Source: Bacillota bacterium
GTDB lineage: Bacteria; Bacillota; Clostridia; Christensenellales; UBA1242
Direction: 5' to 3'
NCBI GenBank assembly: GCA_009784185.1
Contig: WRCD01000002.1
Coordinates: 53,384 to 117,383, forward strand
DNA: 64,000 bases
Shown: positions 19,472-29,183 of the stretch, piece by piece
Numbering within the stretch: position 1 is the first letter of the stretch
How the letters are laid out: each line of letters starts with the position of its first letter
The notes under the pieces: generated by a model
The model's database searches: none
Told to the model about the DNA's origin: nothing
Seen by the model: the letters and a program-made list of their open reading frames with translations, nothing else
Made by a program: the position numbers and the translations under genes

Positions 19472-20638
19472 ATGAGTAAAGGGGAAAAAAACTTTGTGCC
19501 GCCGGACTACAATAATTGCCTGATAAACGTTTTAGCAAGCGTATCACGGCACTCCGGAATAGATACCGGTCACGCAGGCTTGCCCGAAATTGACGCGGTT
19601 CTTAAACGCAAGCCTAAAAACGTAGTTGTTATTGTGCTGGACGGGCTTGGAAGCAATGTGCTGAAAAAGACCTTGCCGGAGCGTTCGTTTCTGCGCGCCG
19701 GACATATCAGGAATCTGAAAAGTGTTTTTCCAAGCGCAACAACTCCTGCCATGATTAGTTATATTACGGGGCAGACGCCTTTAGAGCATGGCTGGCTTGC
19801 CAGAAACGCCTATTTTAAAGAGGCCGGGGCAGTGGTATCTTTATTTAACAATACCGATGCTTTCAGCCTGAAAATGGTAGGTAAAAACGTTGACGTGGCT
19901 AATTCCGTTATGCCGCATAAAAGCCTGCTGCAAGAGATTTTTGATGCCTCTAAGGGGCGGATACGCACATATACCGTAAATCCGCCGCATACCCGCGGAC
20001 CGTACGAACACACTCAATTGGTTTATAATGATTTGGAAGAAATGATGAGTTTAATCAGCGTGCTTTGCGAAACGCCGGAGCGCAAGGTGGTTTTTGCGTA
20101 TCATCATGAGCCCGACGGCGTACTGCATGATTACGGAACAAACAGCAAGTATGCTATAGATGTGGTCAGCAATATCAACAACCGGCTGGAAAAACTTGTA
20201 AGCGGCGTAAAAGATACATTGTTTATAATAACCGCCGACCATGGCTCAACTAATATAACCAAACATATTGACCTGAGCGGATACAAAGAGTTGAATGAAT
20301 TGCTTATTATGCCTCCGACTATGGAAGAGCGTATGACTAGTTTTTTTGTGCAGGCAGGCAAAGGACTGCAGTTTAGAGAGGCGTTTAACAAGCTTTTTGA
20401 GCATAAGTTTTTACTGCTTGCTAAGCATGAGCTGCTTGAGCTTGGCTGGCTGGGCACAGGCAAGCCGCACCAAAAAACAGAAGAGCTGCTGGGTGATTTT
20501 ATTGCAATAGGTATTGCGGATTGGGATTTAACGTACAGCACGATTCATGACCTGTATGAGCAGGATAAAAAAGCCAACCACGGCGGCCTGACGGCGGAGG
20601 AAATGATAATACCGCTTATAATAGTAGACAAGAAATAA
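19472..20638 (+). CDS. Alkaline phosphatase superfamily / type I phosphodiesterase
   Basis: VLDGLG, SVFPSAT, EPD..LHDYG, ITADHG, HGGLTAEEM. Confidence 0.9.
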   Translation: MSKGEKNFVPPDYNNCLINVLASVSRHSGIDTGHAGLPEIDAVLKRKPKNVVVIVLDGLGSNVLKKTLPERSFLRAGHIRNLKSVFPSATTPAMISYITGQTPLEHGWLARNAYFKEAGAVVSLFNNTDAFSLKMVGKNVDVANSVMPHKSLLQEIFDASKGRIRTYTVNPPHTRGPYEHTQLVYNDLEEMMSLISVLCETPERKVVFAYHHEPDGVLHDYGTNSKYAIDVVSNINNRLEKLVSGVKDTLFIITADHGSTNITKHIDLSGYKELNELLIMPPTMEERMTSFFVQAGKGLQFREAFNKLFEHKFLLLAKHELLELGWLGTGKPHQKTEELLGDFIAIGIADWDLTYSTIHDLYEQDKKANHGGLTAEEMIIPLIIVDKK

Positions 20639-20658
20639 TGGAAAGACTGCAAGACAAA

Positions 20659-20778
20659 AATTCCCCTCTATAAGAGGGGTGTCACGAAGTGACGGGGTGT
20701 GGTTGCTTACAGCAGCTTTTGCTCTATCCACACCCCGTCAAACCTGACGGTTTGCCACCCCTCTTATAGAGGGGAATT
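20659..20778. repeat. Family A inverted doublet ('empty' form of the DUF559 element)
   Basis: Both ends read AATTCCCCTCTATAAGAGGGGTG, as in the DUF559 flanks; about 25-bp spacer. Confidence 0.92.
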
Positions 20779-20816
20779 TTATTGCAATTAATGCTGGGAT
20801 TTGTTATACTTGCTCT

Positions 20817-21605
20817 ATGAAACTGATAGTTCTGGCCAGCGGAAGTAAGGGTAATGCAACATATATAGAAACCGAAAACGCTAAAATTTTAATAGATGCG
20901 GGCCTGAGCCTATCCGACCTTGAGGCGCGTATGCGTCTGGTTGGCATTAATCCGCACGAGCTCAGCGGTGTGCTGGTTACGCATGAGCACATTGACCATA
21001 TAAAAAGTGTAGGCGCATTATCGCGTAAATACGGAATTGATGTGTATGCGCATGAAGACGTTTGGGAACACATAATCAGGCGTTCCGGTTTTGTGGGGGT
21101 TAAAAACCAGAAAATAATATCCGAGCGGGGCTTTTATATAAACGACTTGGACGTGTCTCCGTTTGAGGTTCCGCATGACTCGGTGCATTGCTTTGGCTTT
21201 TCGTTGTTTAATAATAATAACAAAATCAGCCTTGCTACCGATATTGGGCAGGCTGATGACAGAACGCTGAAGGCAATGTCGCGCAGCGACCTGATTGTGC
21301 TGGAGTCTAACCACGACCCGCATATGCTGAGTTGTACTAAGCGTCCGGAGCAGATTAAAACCCGGATATTGTCCAGCCGCGGTCACCTTAGCAATGCCGC
21401 GTGTGCCGAAACTCTAAAGCAATTATTGAATCAAAATGTGCGCGGGGTAATTTTAGCGCATATCAGCGAAGAGGCCAACACGCCGGAACTTGCGTATCAG
21501 TCTGCCGTTGCCGCACTGGAAAGTGTGGGGGCAGGCAGAGATGTACATATAGGTATTGCGCCGCAGCGCCATGTGGGCAATGTTTATAAACTAAAGAATA
21601 GATAA
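20817..21605 (+). CDS. MBL-fold metallo-hydrolase, YycJ/WalJ-like
   Basis: LASGSKGNA, THEHIDH, LESNHD, GHLSN, LAHISEE. Confidence 0.9.
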   Translation: MKLIVLASGSKGNATYIETENAKILIDAGLSLSDLEARMRLVGINPHELSGVLVTHEHIDHIKSVGALSRKYGIDVYAHEDVWEHIIRRSGFVGVKNQKIISERGFYINDLDVSPFEVPHDSVHCFGFSLFNNNNKISLATDIGQADDRTLKAMSRSDLIVLESNHDPHMLSCTKRPEQIKTRILSSRGHLSNAACAETLKQLLNQNVRGVILAHISEEANTPELAYQSAVAALESVGAGRDVHIGIAPQRHVGNVYKLKNR

Positions 21606-21628
21606 AAAACCGCCTCTCAGGCGGTTTT
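21604..21628. terminator. Bidirectional intrinsic terminator
   Basis: AAAAAACCGCCTCTCAGGCGGTTTT between convergent genes. Confidence 0.75.
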
Positions 21629-22432
21629 AACTTGCTCCCGGGCCGCATTTCTTGCTGCCACACGTTCTCTCTGTCTTTGGTGAAAACCCGATGGGGCAGC
21701 TCCGTAAAAATGCTGCGACTGACCAAGGTTTACGCTTTCAATGTGTTTTTCGTTTCGTTGAGTGTTAGCTTCCGTTTTTTGTTTTTGCCGTAAGCCAATT
21801 GCGTTTATCATAGCCGTACCGTCCACAGGCTTACGGGCATATCCTGTGCTGCCGGGCGGCCGGCTGTATATCTTGGCACTTTCAATTTCCGCTAAAGGCG
21901 AGCCATGCAGCACAACATGAGCATTATTGATGTTAAACAGGTATTGATTCATCTTATCAAACCTGTATGAATCAAGACCGTTTTCTTTTGTGTCAATTTC
22001 TCTGTAGCGCATTGCTGACATGGCCACTTGCTTTGTTTTGCCATTTGAGTATCCGGTAGTAAGCAACACGCCCTCCTGCACACTTGCGGTTATAGTTGTT
22101 CTGCCTGAGGTGCACAATAATGCCGGCAGGTGCTGAGGCAGCAAATCCTCGTGCAACCTTGACTTTAGGTTGCGCTCGGGAAACTGGACGGGCGAGATAT
22201 GCACATACGCACTATTGCCTGGCTGGCCGTTTTGTACGAGACTGATTTTTGCAAAATAGTCGTAATAAAAATCCGGGCAGCTTTTATGCTTTTCCATAAT
22301 CTCTATAGCCTCGTTATTGTTGTTAAGCGGCACAAGGGTTCTTTCGTTGCTTGCAACATCTATTACTTTCAAAAACAGTTCAACCTGAACTGCAATTTCC
22401 TGAATTGGTAAAATTACTTTTTTGCGTGGCAT
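21617..22432 (-). CDS. Hypothetical protein (paralog of 22453-23325)
   Basis: 271 aa, AGGAG SD; shares VQVELFL, DY.AK, YRFDK and GAAP motifs with its neighbour. Confidence 0.8.
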   Translation of the reverse strand: MPRKKVILPIQEIAVQVELFLKVIDVASNERTLVPLNNNNEAIEIMEKHKSCPDFYYDYFAKISLVQNGQPGNSAYVHISPVQFPERNLKSRLHEDLLPQHLPALLCTSGRTTITASVQEGVLLTTGYSNGKTKQVAMSAMRYREIDTKENGLDSYRFDKMNQYLFNINNAHVVLHGSPLAEIESAKIYSRPPGSTGYARKPVDGTAMINAIGLRQKQKTEANTQRNEKHIESVNLGQSQHFYGAAPSGFHQRQRERVAARNAAREQVKTA

Positions 22433-22452
22433 TTTGGTCTCCTAAATTGATT

Positions 22453-23325
22453 TTATTTTAAGTGGGTTAATGTTGAGTTATCTCCCTCTGCCGCTGTTTT
22501 TTTGTCTGCACGTTTTTTATCGTTCTCTCTCCGCCATGCGGCATATGCGCCGGGTGCTGCGCCAAAATAATGCCTGGGCTCGTCTAAGCTGAACGAACGA
22601 TTAAGTCCTTGATTGCCCGCTACAATAAACTTGCTTGAGTCATCCCGCTGCATTTTTCTGAAAGTAAATCCGTCAATTACGGTCTGTCCGGGCTCGATTC
22701 CGGGCCGCTTTTCTTTATCTACAAAATCAAGATTATAAAGCCGTACTTTCTGTCCCGGCTCCGTTGGCCCGCTGTATAGGCTAACGGGCTTATCACCAAC
22801 GTTAAAACTGAACTCTTTGATTTTATCAAACCTGTAGCCGGTCAGAGTTTTATCATATCCGTTTATTTCCTGCAGCCTGATATGATTCATGGCTCTAGTG
22901 GATGCCTTGCCGACTTTATGAAAGGTTGTCAGTTTTACCAGGTCTTTTGCATTTGCGGTTAAATTTACTGTCCCGCTTGTTTGTAATATTTCGGGCAGTT
23001 TTAGCAAATCGTCTGCAAGGCCGTTATATACATTTCTGGCGGGATTCATATGAGATGCAATATGCACGAAAGCCGCATCGCCGGCAAGGCCGTTTTCAAG
23101 CAAAGTAAGCTTGGCGTAATAATCAAAGACCCATTGGCGTTTGGATGGCTTGCCGTTTGCCGATTTGTGGCGCGGCTCGGAATTTATTATTTCTATGGCG
23201 TGCAGATTGTTTCTTACCGCGTGTGTTGCCACTTCTTTAAGCGTAAGTCTGTCTTCAACATACAAAAACAGTTCAACCTGAACCATTATGTCTTGCGGTG
23301 ATGTTATGATTACCGGCTTCGGCAT
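22453..23325 (-). CDS. Hypothetical protein (paralog of 21617-22432)
   Basis: 290 aa, GGAG SD; shares motifs with its neighbour. Confidence 0.8.
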   Translation of the reverse strand: MPKPVIITSPQDIMVQVELFLYVEDRLTLKEVATHAVRNNLHAIEIINSEPRHKSANGKPSKRQWVFDYYAKLTLLENGLAGDAAFVHIASHMNPARNVYNGLADDLLKLPEILQTSGTVNLTANAKDLVKLTTFHKVGKASTRAMNHIRLQEINGYDKTLTGYRFDKIKEFSFNVGDKPVSLYSGPTEPGQKVRLYNLDFVDKEKRPGIEPGQTVIDGFTFRKMQRDDSSKFIVAGNQGLNRSFSLDEPRHYFGAAPGAYAAWRRENDKKRADKKTAAEGDNSTLTHLK

Positions 23326-23441
23326 TTAAATTTCTCCCGGATTGTTATGTATTAATGATACCATAATTGATTGATACAGTCAATAGTCAGGCAATTTATT
23401 TTAGGTATTGACAAATTTCTAATTTGTGCTAAACTAATGCC

Positions 23442-24167
23442 ATGGACAAAACAACAGACATAAGGGGCAGTGCAGCCGATATAATGTTAAAGTACGTAAG
23501 CACGGTAGGCGGTGCTACTAAGGCGTGTCGTGCCAGGCTTCGCGAAATATCTGACGGGGGGGGGCGCGAAGCAACTGAGCTGCTGGCTAAGCTTGCGGAA
23601 ACGGAAGCCAAGGCAGACGGGGCCGCTCCGTTTAATGTTGTTAAGACTTTTAAAGACTTAGCGCAATACTTTAACAAAAAGAGCCGCAAGTTTGAGTTTG
23701 TTGAAAACACGCTGATTATTGCCAGCCCGCCGGAGGGTAATATTGTGCAACGTGGCGGCATATCGGGAGTGGGCATGGGGCATTGCTTAGAGATAGAGGC
23801 GTTAGGTTCGCTGGGCATTGTTTGTGATATAAGTGATAGGATTTGGAGCGATGTTACGGCGTACGATGACCTGATGATTGCAGGGTACGAGGTTAATGTG
23901 GCAGGAAAAGTGAATGTTGTGGACGGCTCGCTTACGGTGTTGCCGGTTGACAAGGGCGAGGCTGCAAGAGGAATTGAGTTTAGTAAAAGCACAACGGTTC
24001 AGGATGGTTTAAATATTGACCCGCGGTTTGCTCCGGATACAGAGTACAGAACCTTAGTGCGCTTTTACGAGCAATCTGATTTAAGAGTGTTGGGCAGGGC
24101 GTGCGACCCGAACAAACTCAGCAACGCGCATCACTTTTGCCCAACAGAAACTGCGGTAAGGAGATAA
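23442..24167 (+). CDS. Hypothetical protein (paralog of 24171-25046), probably leaderless
   Basis: TTGACA-16-TAAACT promoter 6 nt before ATG; shares EAKAD..PF, ENTLIIA, RGGIS and NIDPR with its neighbour. Confidence 0.8.
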   Translation: MDKTTDIRGSAADIMLKYVSTVGGATKACRARLREISDGGGREATELLAKLAETEAKADGAAPFNVVKTFKDLAQYFNKKSRKFEFVENTLIIASPPEGNIVQRGGISGVGMGHCLEIEALGSLGIVCDISDRIWSDVTAYDDLMIAGYEVNVAGKVNVVDGSLTVLPVDKGEAARGIEFSKSTTVQDGLNIDPRFAPDTEYRTLVRFYEQSDLRVLGRACDPNKLSNAHHFCPTETAVRR

Positions 24168-24170
24168 TAA

Positions 24171-25046
24171 ATGAATAAAATAGTTGATGTCATGATGGCA
24201 TATATAAATACGGTTTCTCCGCACGCAAAAGCTTATTGGGCTAAGCGGAGAGAAATGGTGGAAGAAGAAAACTATTTTAGAAACGAAGCCAACAAGCAAA
24301 GCCTCGACTTTTACTTAAAAGACCAGGAAACCATAATGAAACGCCTTAGGCAGGATAAAATCAGATTGCATGAAGAGTTTGTTTATGCCGAAGCAAAGGC
24401 GGACCTGGAAACTCCGTTTATTGTTTTAAAAACGTATGAAGACCTGGCGAAGTGTTTTGATAAAAATGCCAGTAAATACGTGTTTCCCGAAAATACGCTT
24501 ATAATTGCGGCAGCACCGGAAAACGATGTTGTAATGCGGGGCGGAATATCCAGCATTGGGCTTGGTTCGTGCAATACCGAAGCGCACAAGTCGCTGGCTA
24601 TCTATTTTGACAGAAGCGATAGTTTGTGGAATGATTTTACCGTTGCAGGCGACTTTGTTATTGCTGGAAAAGAAGTAAACGTGCTGGGCAATGTAAATGT
24701 TGGAGGCTCTCTCCACCTTTTGCCGATTTATATGTTTGACCAGGAAGGGATAAGTTTCCGTAAGCAAGTCGTGGCGGATGGGGATATAAATATTGACCCA
24801 AGGATTTCTCCGAATCGAGATACCTGGTGGGGGAGGCCGGTACACTTTCTGCGCAGCTGCTCTCTAAACGCTGGCGGCAAAATAAACGACCCCGAAAAGT
24901 TGAGCAACTTTTATGGAGGAAGTGTGCATGAGGGCTCAGCTAGCGGTGCAGTTGGAACGCGCATTGGCGACAAAGGTCCGGCAGGCAACCGCGGCAACCT
25001 TACCGACTTAGAAGGCGGCGAGCCTGAGATGGGTGGTAAAAATTAA
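24171..25046 (+). CDS. Hypothetical protein (paralog of 23442-24167)
   Basis: 291 aa, AAGGAG SD; shares motifs with its neighbour. Confidence 0.8.
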   Translation: MNKIVDVMMAYINTVSPHAKAYWAKRREMVEEENYFRNEANKQSLDFYLKDQETIMKRLRQDKIRLHEEFVYAEAKADLETPFIVLKTYEDLAKCFDKNASKYVFPENTLIIAAAPENDVVMRGGISSIGLGSCNTEAHKSLAIYFDRSDSLWNDFTVAGDFVIAGKEVNVLGNVNVGGSLHLLPIYMFDQEGISFRKQVVADGDINIDPRISPNRDTWWGRPVHFLRSCSLNAGGKINDPEKLSNFYGGSVHEGSASGAVGTRIGDKGPAGNRGNLTDLEGGEPEMGGKN

Positions 25047-25048
25047 TC

Positions 25049-25073
25049 AAAAAGAGCCGTAACGGCTCTTTTT
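25049..25073 (+). terminator. Intrinsic terminator
   Basis: AAAAGAGCCGTAACGGCTCTTTTT. Confidence 0.8.
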
Positions 25074-25268
25074 ATTTTAGTAAAATATTTAAAATAGTAG
25101 TTGACACTAGCAACTAGCTATGCTATAATTAAAAATCTGATATTATTTAGTTGTGGTGTGGTTGACTATTGGTTTGCAAAAAATTTAATTGTAATTTACT
25201 CTCCAAATCGTTTTAGCCGAGCGGAGCAAATGCTTGTTTTTATACGGCATTTTTTTGTGTTTTACAGT

Positions 25269-25311
25269 GTCATTGCGAGCAATTCTATTCCGGATTCCAA
25301 CGAAGCAATCC
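25269..25311 (+). repeat. Family B repeat in the rpoB leader
   Basis: GTCATTGCGAGCAATTCTATTCCGGATTCCAACGAAGCAATCC, nearly identical to 35850-35892. Confidence 0.85.
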
Positions 25312-25448
25312 CCCGGTTAGAAGTTCAATCCATCTTGCAAAGACAAAATCTTTACCACCAAGCCACAGCCCCATGGTATCAAAATTAATTACATATGGCA
25401 ACTAAATTTTAGCAAGTTTTAAAAATAAATATTTTTAGGAGAGTATCA

Positions 25449-28400
25449 ATGCCTGCAGCTCAAACAAAACCAGCACCTGCGTTTAAAAAGATTAAATGCG
25501 GAAGCAAAACCGAGAGATTAAGTTTTGCCAGAATTCAGGAGCCGATTGAGGTTCCGTACTTGATTGCAATTCAGAAGGATGCCTACAAACGCTTTTTAGA
25601 AGAGGGAATTGGGCAGACCATTAAGGAATTTTCTCCCATAGAGGACTTCAGCGGAAAGGCTGAGCTTCACTTTTTAGACTACCGGTTGGACGGTGCCCCC
25701 AAGTACGACATTCAGGAATGCCGCAGAAGGGGACTTACTTACTCGGTGCCTATTAAAGTAAGCGCACGGCTTATTAATAAAGAAACCGGTGAAGCAATTG
25801 ACCAAAACGTGTTTTTGGGTGATGTACCTCTTATGACCGAAGAAGGTTCCTTTCTTATTTCAGGTGTAGACAGAGTTATCGTCAGCCAGATTGTGCGCAG
25901 CCCAGGTGTTTATTACGAGCTTTTAGACGACAAAAACACAGGCAAGCAAACTTATAAAAACACATTAATTCCAACCCGCGGCACCTGGCTGGAGTTTGAA
26001 CAGACTCAGCTTGACACCATGCGTGTAATTATTGACCGCGGCGTTAAGGTTTCGGTTGGTTTATTATTAAAGGCGTTTGGTCTTGGCGAAGAGGCCGAGA
26101 TTAACAAGCTGTTTAACAACCACCCGATGATTGCTGAAACCTTGAAAAAAGAAACTCAGAAAACGCAGGAAGATGCTTTAATTGAACTCTCTAAAAAGCT
26201 TAAGCCAAGCGAGCTGCCCAGTGCTGAGGCAATAAAAACATATATCAACAATCTATTTTTTACCGAGCTAAGATACGACCTGGCGCGTGTAGGCAGATAC
26301 AAATTTGACAAAAAGCTGAATTTGTCTACCCGGTTAATAGATAAAACTTTGGCCGAGGACTTAAAACTGGCTGACGGTACTGTGCTTAAGTCCGGAGTTG
26401 AGTTAACTCGTGAGCAGGCAAAAGCCATACAGAACAGCGGCATAAACCGTGTTGTAATAGAACTGGACAGCGGCAAAAAGCACCTGATGATTGGAAATAA
26501 CCGTGTTGCACTTGACGCTATTATTAAATGCGACCCTAAAGAGCTGGGTGTACTGGAGCAGGTTTATTATCCGGCATTGCTTGAGCTGTTTAAAGGGCAG
26601 AAGACAAATGCTGCCAAACTTGAAGTTATAAAGACCAATGCCGCCAAACTGATTAACCGCAGCGTAACTTTAGACGACATTATTGCAAGTATCAGTTACT
26701 TATTAGACCTTAGCGAGGGAATTGGCGAAACCGACAACATTGACCATCTTGCCAACCGCAGAATAAGTACTGTTGGCGAGCTTATGAGCATTGCGCTTCA
26801 TAGCGGAATGGCTAAGCTTGCTACTTTAGCTCGTGAAAGTATGCAGGGCCAGGATTTGACAACCGCCAGCCCGACAAGCATTATAAACGCGCGTCCGATT
26901 AATAAAGCAATTATGGACTTTATGAAAAGCTCGCAGCTGTCTCAAAACATGGACCAGGTTAACCCGCTTAGCGAGCTTACGCAAAAGAGAAAGGTTTCCG
27001 CTGTTGGCCCGCGCGGTGTGCGCAAAGAACGTGCCGGCGAAGAAGTGCGTGACATACATTACACTCATTACGGCAGGCTATGTGCTATTGAAACACCTGA
27101 AGGTCAATCAATCGGACTTATAAATACTCTTGCTACATACGCAAGGGTTAACGAATACGGATTTTTAGAGGCTCCTTACCGCAGGGTGGACAAAAACACA
27201 GGTAAGGTTACCGATACCGTAGACTACCTTATGGCAGACGTTGAGGAGACTTACAAGATTGCCGAGGCCACCGAGGTGCTTGACAGTGAAGGCAGATTTG
27301 ACCACGAAAACATTGTTTGCAGATATAAGGACAGATTTATTGAGGTAAACAAAAAACAAGTTGATTACATTGACGTTAGTCCACGTCAGTTTATTTCTGC
27401 TGCAACCAGTTTAATTCCGTTTTTAGAGAACGACGACACCCCGCGTGCGCTTATGGGCGCTAACATGCAGCGTCAGGCTGTTCCGCTGTTGCGTACCGAG
27501 GCTCCCATTGTGGGCACAGGGTATGAGCACCTTATTGCCAGAGACAGCGGCGCAGTGGTGCTGGCTAAAAATGACGGTGAAGTAAAATATGTTGATGCTA
27601 ACGAAATTATAGTAAAAACGGCTGCCGGTGAAGACAAATATAAGTTGCTGAAGTTTAACAAGACCACAAAAGACACCTGTCTTAACCAGAAACCGATTGT
27701 TAAGGCCGGCGAAAAAGTTAAGGCGGGAGACTCTATAATTGACGGGTTCTCAACCAAAGACGGTGAGCTTGCCTTAGGTAAAAACATGCTGGTTGCGTTT
27801 ATGAACTGGGAAGGCTACAACTACGAGGACGCAATTTTGATTAGTGAGCGCCTGGTTAAAGATGATGTTTACACTTCTATCACGCTGCGCGTTGAAGAGC
27901 AAAAAAGCCGAAGCACAAAACTTGGTAACGAAGAGATTACAAGAGATATTCCAAACTTAAGTGACGATGCTCTTAAAAACCTGGACGAAGACGGAATTGT
28001 CAGAATTGGTGCCGAGGTTCGCCCCGGTGATATTTTGGTAGGTAAGGTCACTCCCAAAGGAGAAACCGAGCTTACGCCCGAAGAAAGGCTGCTTAGAGCC
28101 ATATTCGGCGAAAAAGCAAGAGAAGTTAGGGACACCAGTCTCCGCGTTCAGCACGGACGCGGCGGTGTGGTTGTTGACGTTCAGGTATTCAGCCGGGCTA
28201 ATAAGGACGAGCTTGAAGCAGGCGTAAACCAGCTTGTTAAGGTATATGTTGCTCAAAAGCGTAAGCTTAGCGTGGGTGACAAAATGGCAGGCCGTCACGG
28301 AAACAAGGGTATTGTGTCACGTGTGCTGCCGGTAGAGGATATGCCGTTTATGGCAAACGGACAGCCGGTTGATATCGTTCTTAACCCGCTGGGTATACCA

Positions 28401-29162
28401 AGCCGTATGAACGTAGGGCAGATGCTGGAGTGTCATTTGGGGCTTGTGGCAAAAACTCTTGGCTGGAAGGTAGCCACTCCGGTTTTTGACGGAGCAAACG
28501 AGCGGCTTATTCAGGAACTGTATAAAGAAAACAGTATGCCGCTTGACGGAAAGATGCAGCTCTTTGATGGGCGTACGGGTGAGGCGTTTGAAAACCGCGT
28601 TACGGTTGGATACAAATATATGCTTAAGCTTGACCATATGGTAGACAGCAAAATGCACGCAAGAAGCACCGGACCGTATGCGCTGGTTACCGCTCAGCCG
28701 CTTGGCGGAAAGGCCATGTTTGGCGGACAGAAGTTTGGTGAAATGGACGTATGGGCGCTTGAAGCGTATGGCGCAGCAAGCTTGCTGCAGGAAATGCTTA
28801 CGGTTAAGAGTGACGACATTGCGGGCAGAACAAAAGTATACGAAAGTATTGTTAAGGGTCAGCCGATTGCCGAACCGGGCATACCCGAGAGCTTTAAGGT
28901 ATTGATAAAAGAATTGCAGAGCCTGGGGCTGGATATGAGGATTTTAACCGAAGACAGCCGCGAAATTGCAATTACCGAGCTGACTAACGATGAGGTTGAT
29001 ATAATAATACCTCAGGGCAGACGAGAGACAAAAGAAAAAGACTTAGACTTAGACTTTACAGCGGCTACGGAAAGCAATGACATTGTAAGCAAAGATGAAT
29101 ACGAAGCAGAGCAAGCGGACGCGTTTAGCGCGGGCAACCTGTTTGATGACTTTGATGAATAG
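25449..29162 (+). CDS. rpoB: DNA-directed RNA polymerase subunit beta
   Basis: [46 protein letters not shown]. Confidence 0.99.
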   Translation: MPAAQTKPAPAFKKIKCGSKTERLSFARIQEPIEVPYLIAIQKDAYKRFLEEGIGQTIKEFSPIEDFSGKAELHFLDYRLDGAPKYDIQECRRRGLTYSVPIKVSARLINKETGEAIDQNVFLGDVPLMTEEGSFLISGVDRVIVSQIVRSPGVYYELLDDKNTGKQTYKNTLIPTRGTWLEFEQTQLDTMRVIIDRGVKVSVGLLLKAFGLGEEAEINKLFNNHPMIAETLKKETQKTQEDALIELSKKLKPSELPSAEAIKTYINNLFFTELRYDLARVGRYKFDKKLNLSTRLIDKTLAEDLKLADGTVLKSGVELTREQAKAIQNSGINRVVIELDSGKKHLMIGNNRVALDAIIKCDPKELGVLEQVYYPALLELFKGQKTNAAKLEVIKTNAAKLINRSVTLDDIIASISYLLDLSEGIGETDNIDHLANRRISTVGELMSIALHSGMAKLATLARESMQGQDLTTASPTSIINARPINKAIMDFMKSSQLSQNMDQVNPLSELTQKRKVSAVGPRGVRKERAGEEVRDIHYTHYGRLCAIETPEGQSIGLINTLATYARVNEYGFLEAPYRRVDKNTGKVTDTVDYLMADVEETYKIAEATEVLDSEGRFDHENIVCRYKDRFIEVNKKQVDYIDVSPRQFISAATSLIPFLENDDTPRALMGANMQRQAVPLLRTEAPIVGTGYEHLIARDSGAVVLAKNDGEVKYVDANEIIVKTAAGEDKYKLLKFNKTTKDTCLNQKPIVKAGEKVKAGDSIIDGFSTKDGELALGKNMLVAFMNWEGYNYEDAILISERLVKDDVYTSITLRVEEQKSRSTKLGNEEITRDIPNLSDDALKNLDEDGIVRIGAEVRPGDILVGKVTPKGETELTPEERLLRAIFGEKAREVRDTSLRVQHGRGGVVVDVQVFSRANKDELEAGVNQLVKVYVAQKRKLSVGDKMAGRHGNKGIVSRVLPVEDMPFMANGQPVDIVLNPLGIPSRMNVGQMLECHLGLVAKTLGWKVATPVFDGANERLIQELYKENSMPLDGKMQLFDGRTGEAFENRVTVGYKYMLKLDHMVDSKMHARSTGPYALVTAQPLGGKAMFGGQKFGEMDVWALEAYGAASLLQEMLTVKSDDIAGRTKVYESIVKGQPIAEPGIPESFKVLIKELQSLGLDMRILTEDSREIAITELTNDEVDIIIPQGRRETKEKDLDLDFTAATESNDIVSKDEYEAEQADAFSAGNLFDDFDE

Positions 29163-29183
29163 GATTAAGGGAGAAAAAATTAA

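Noticed and set aside
25101-25388. 95-aa ORF upstream of rpoB; likewise 35820-36032, 44282-44407 and 45643-45888
   Set aside because: They overlap promoters, repeats or tRNAs; shared peptides such as VIAS.SIPDSNEAI and FIRRSRL are translated repeats.
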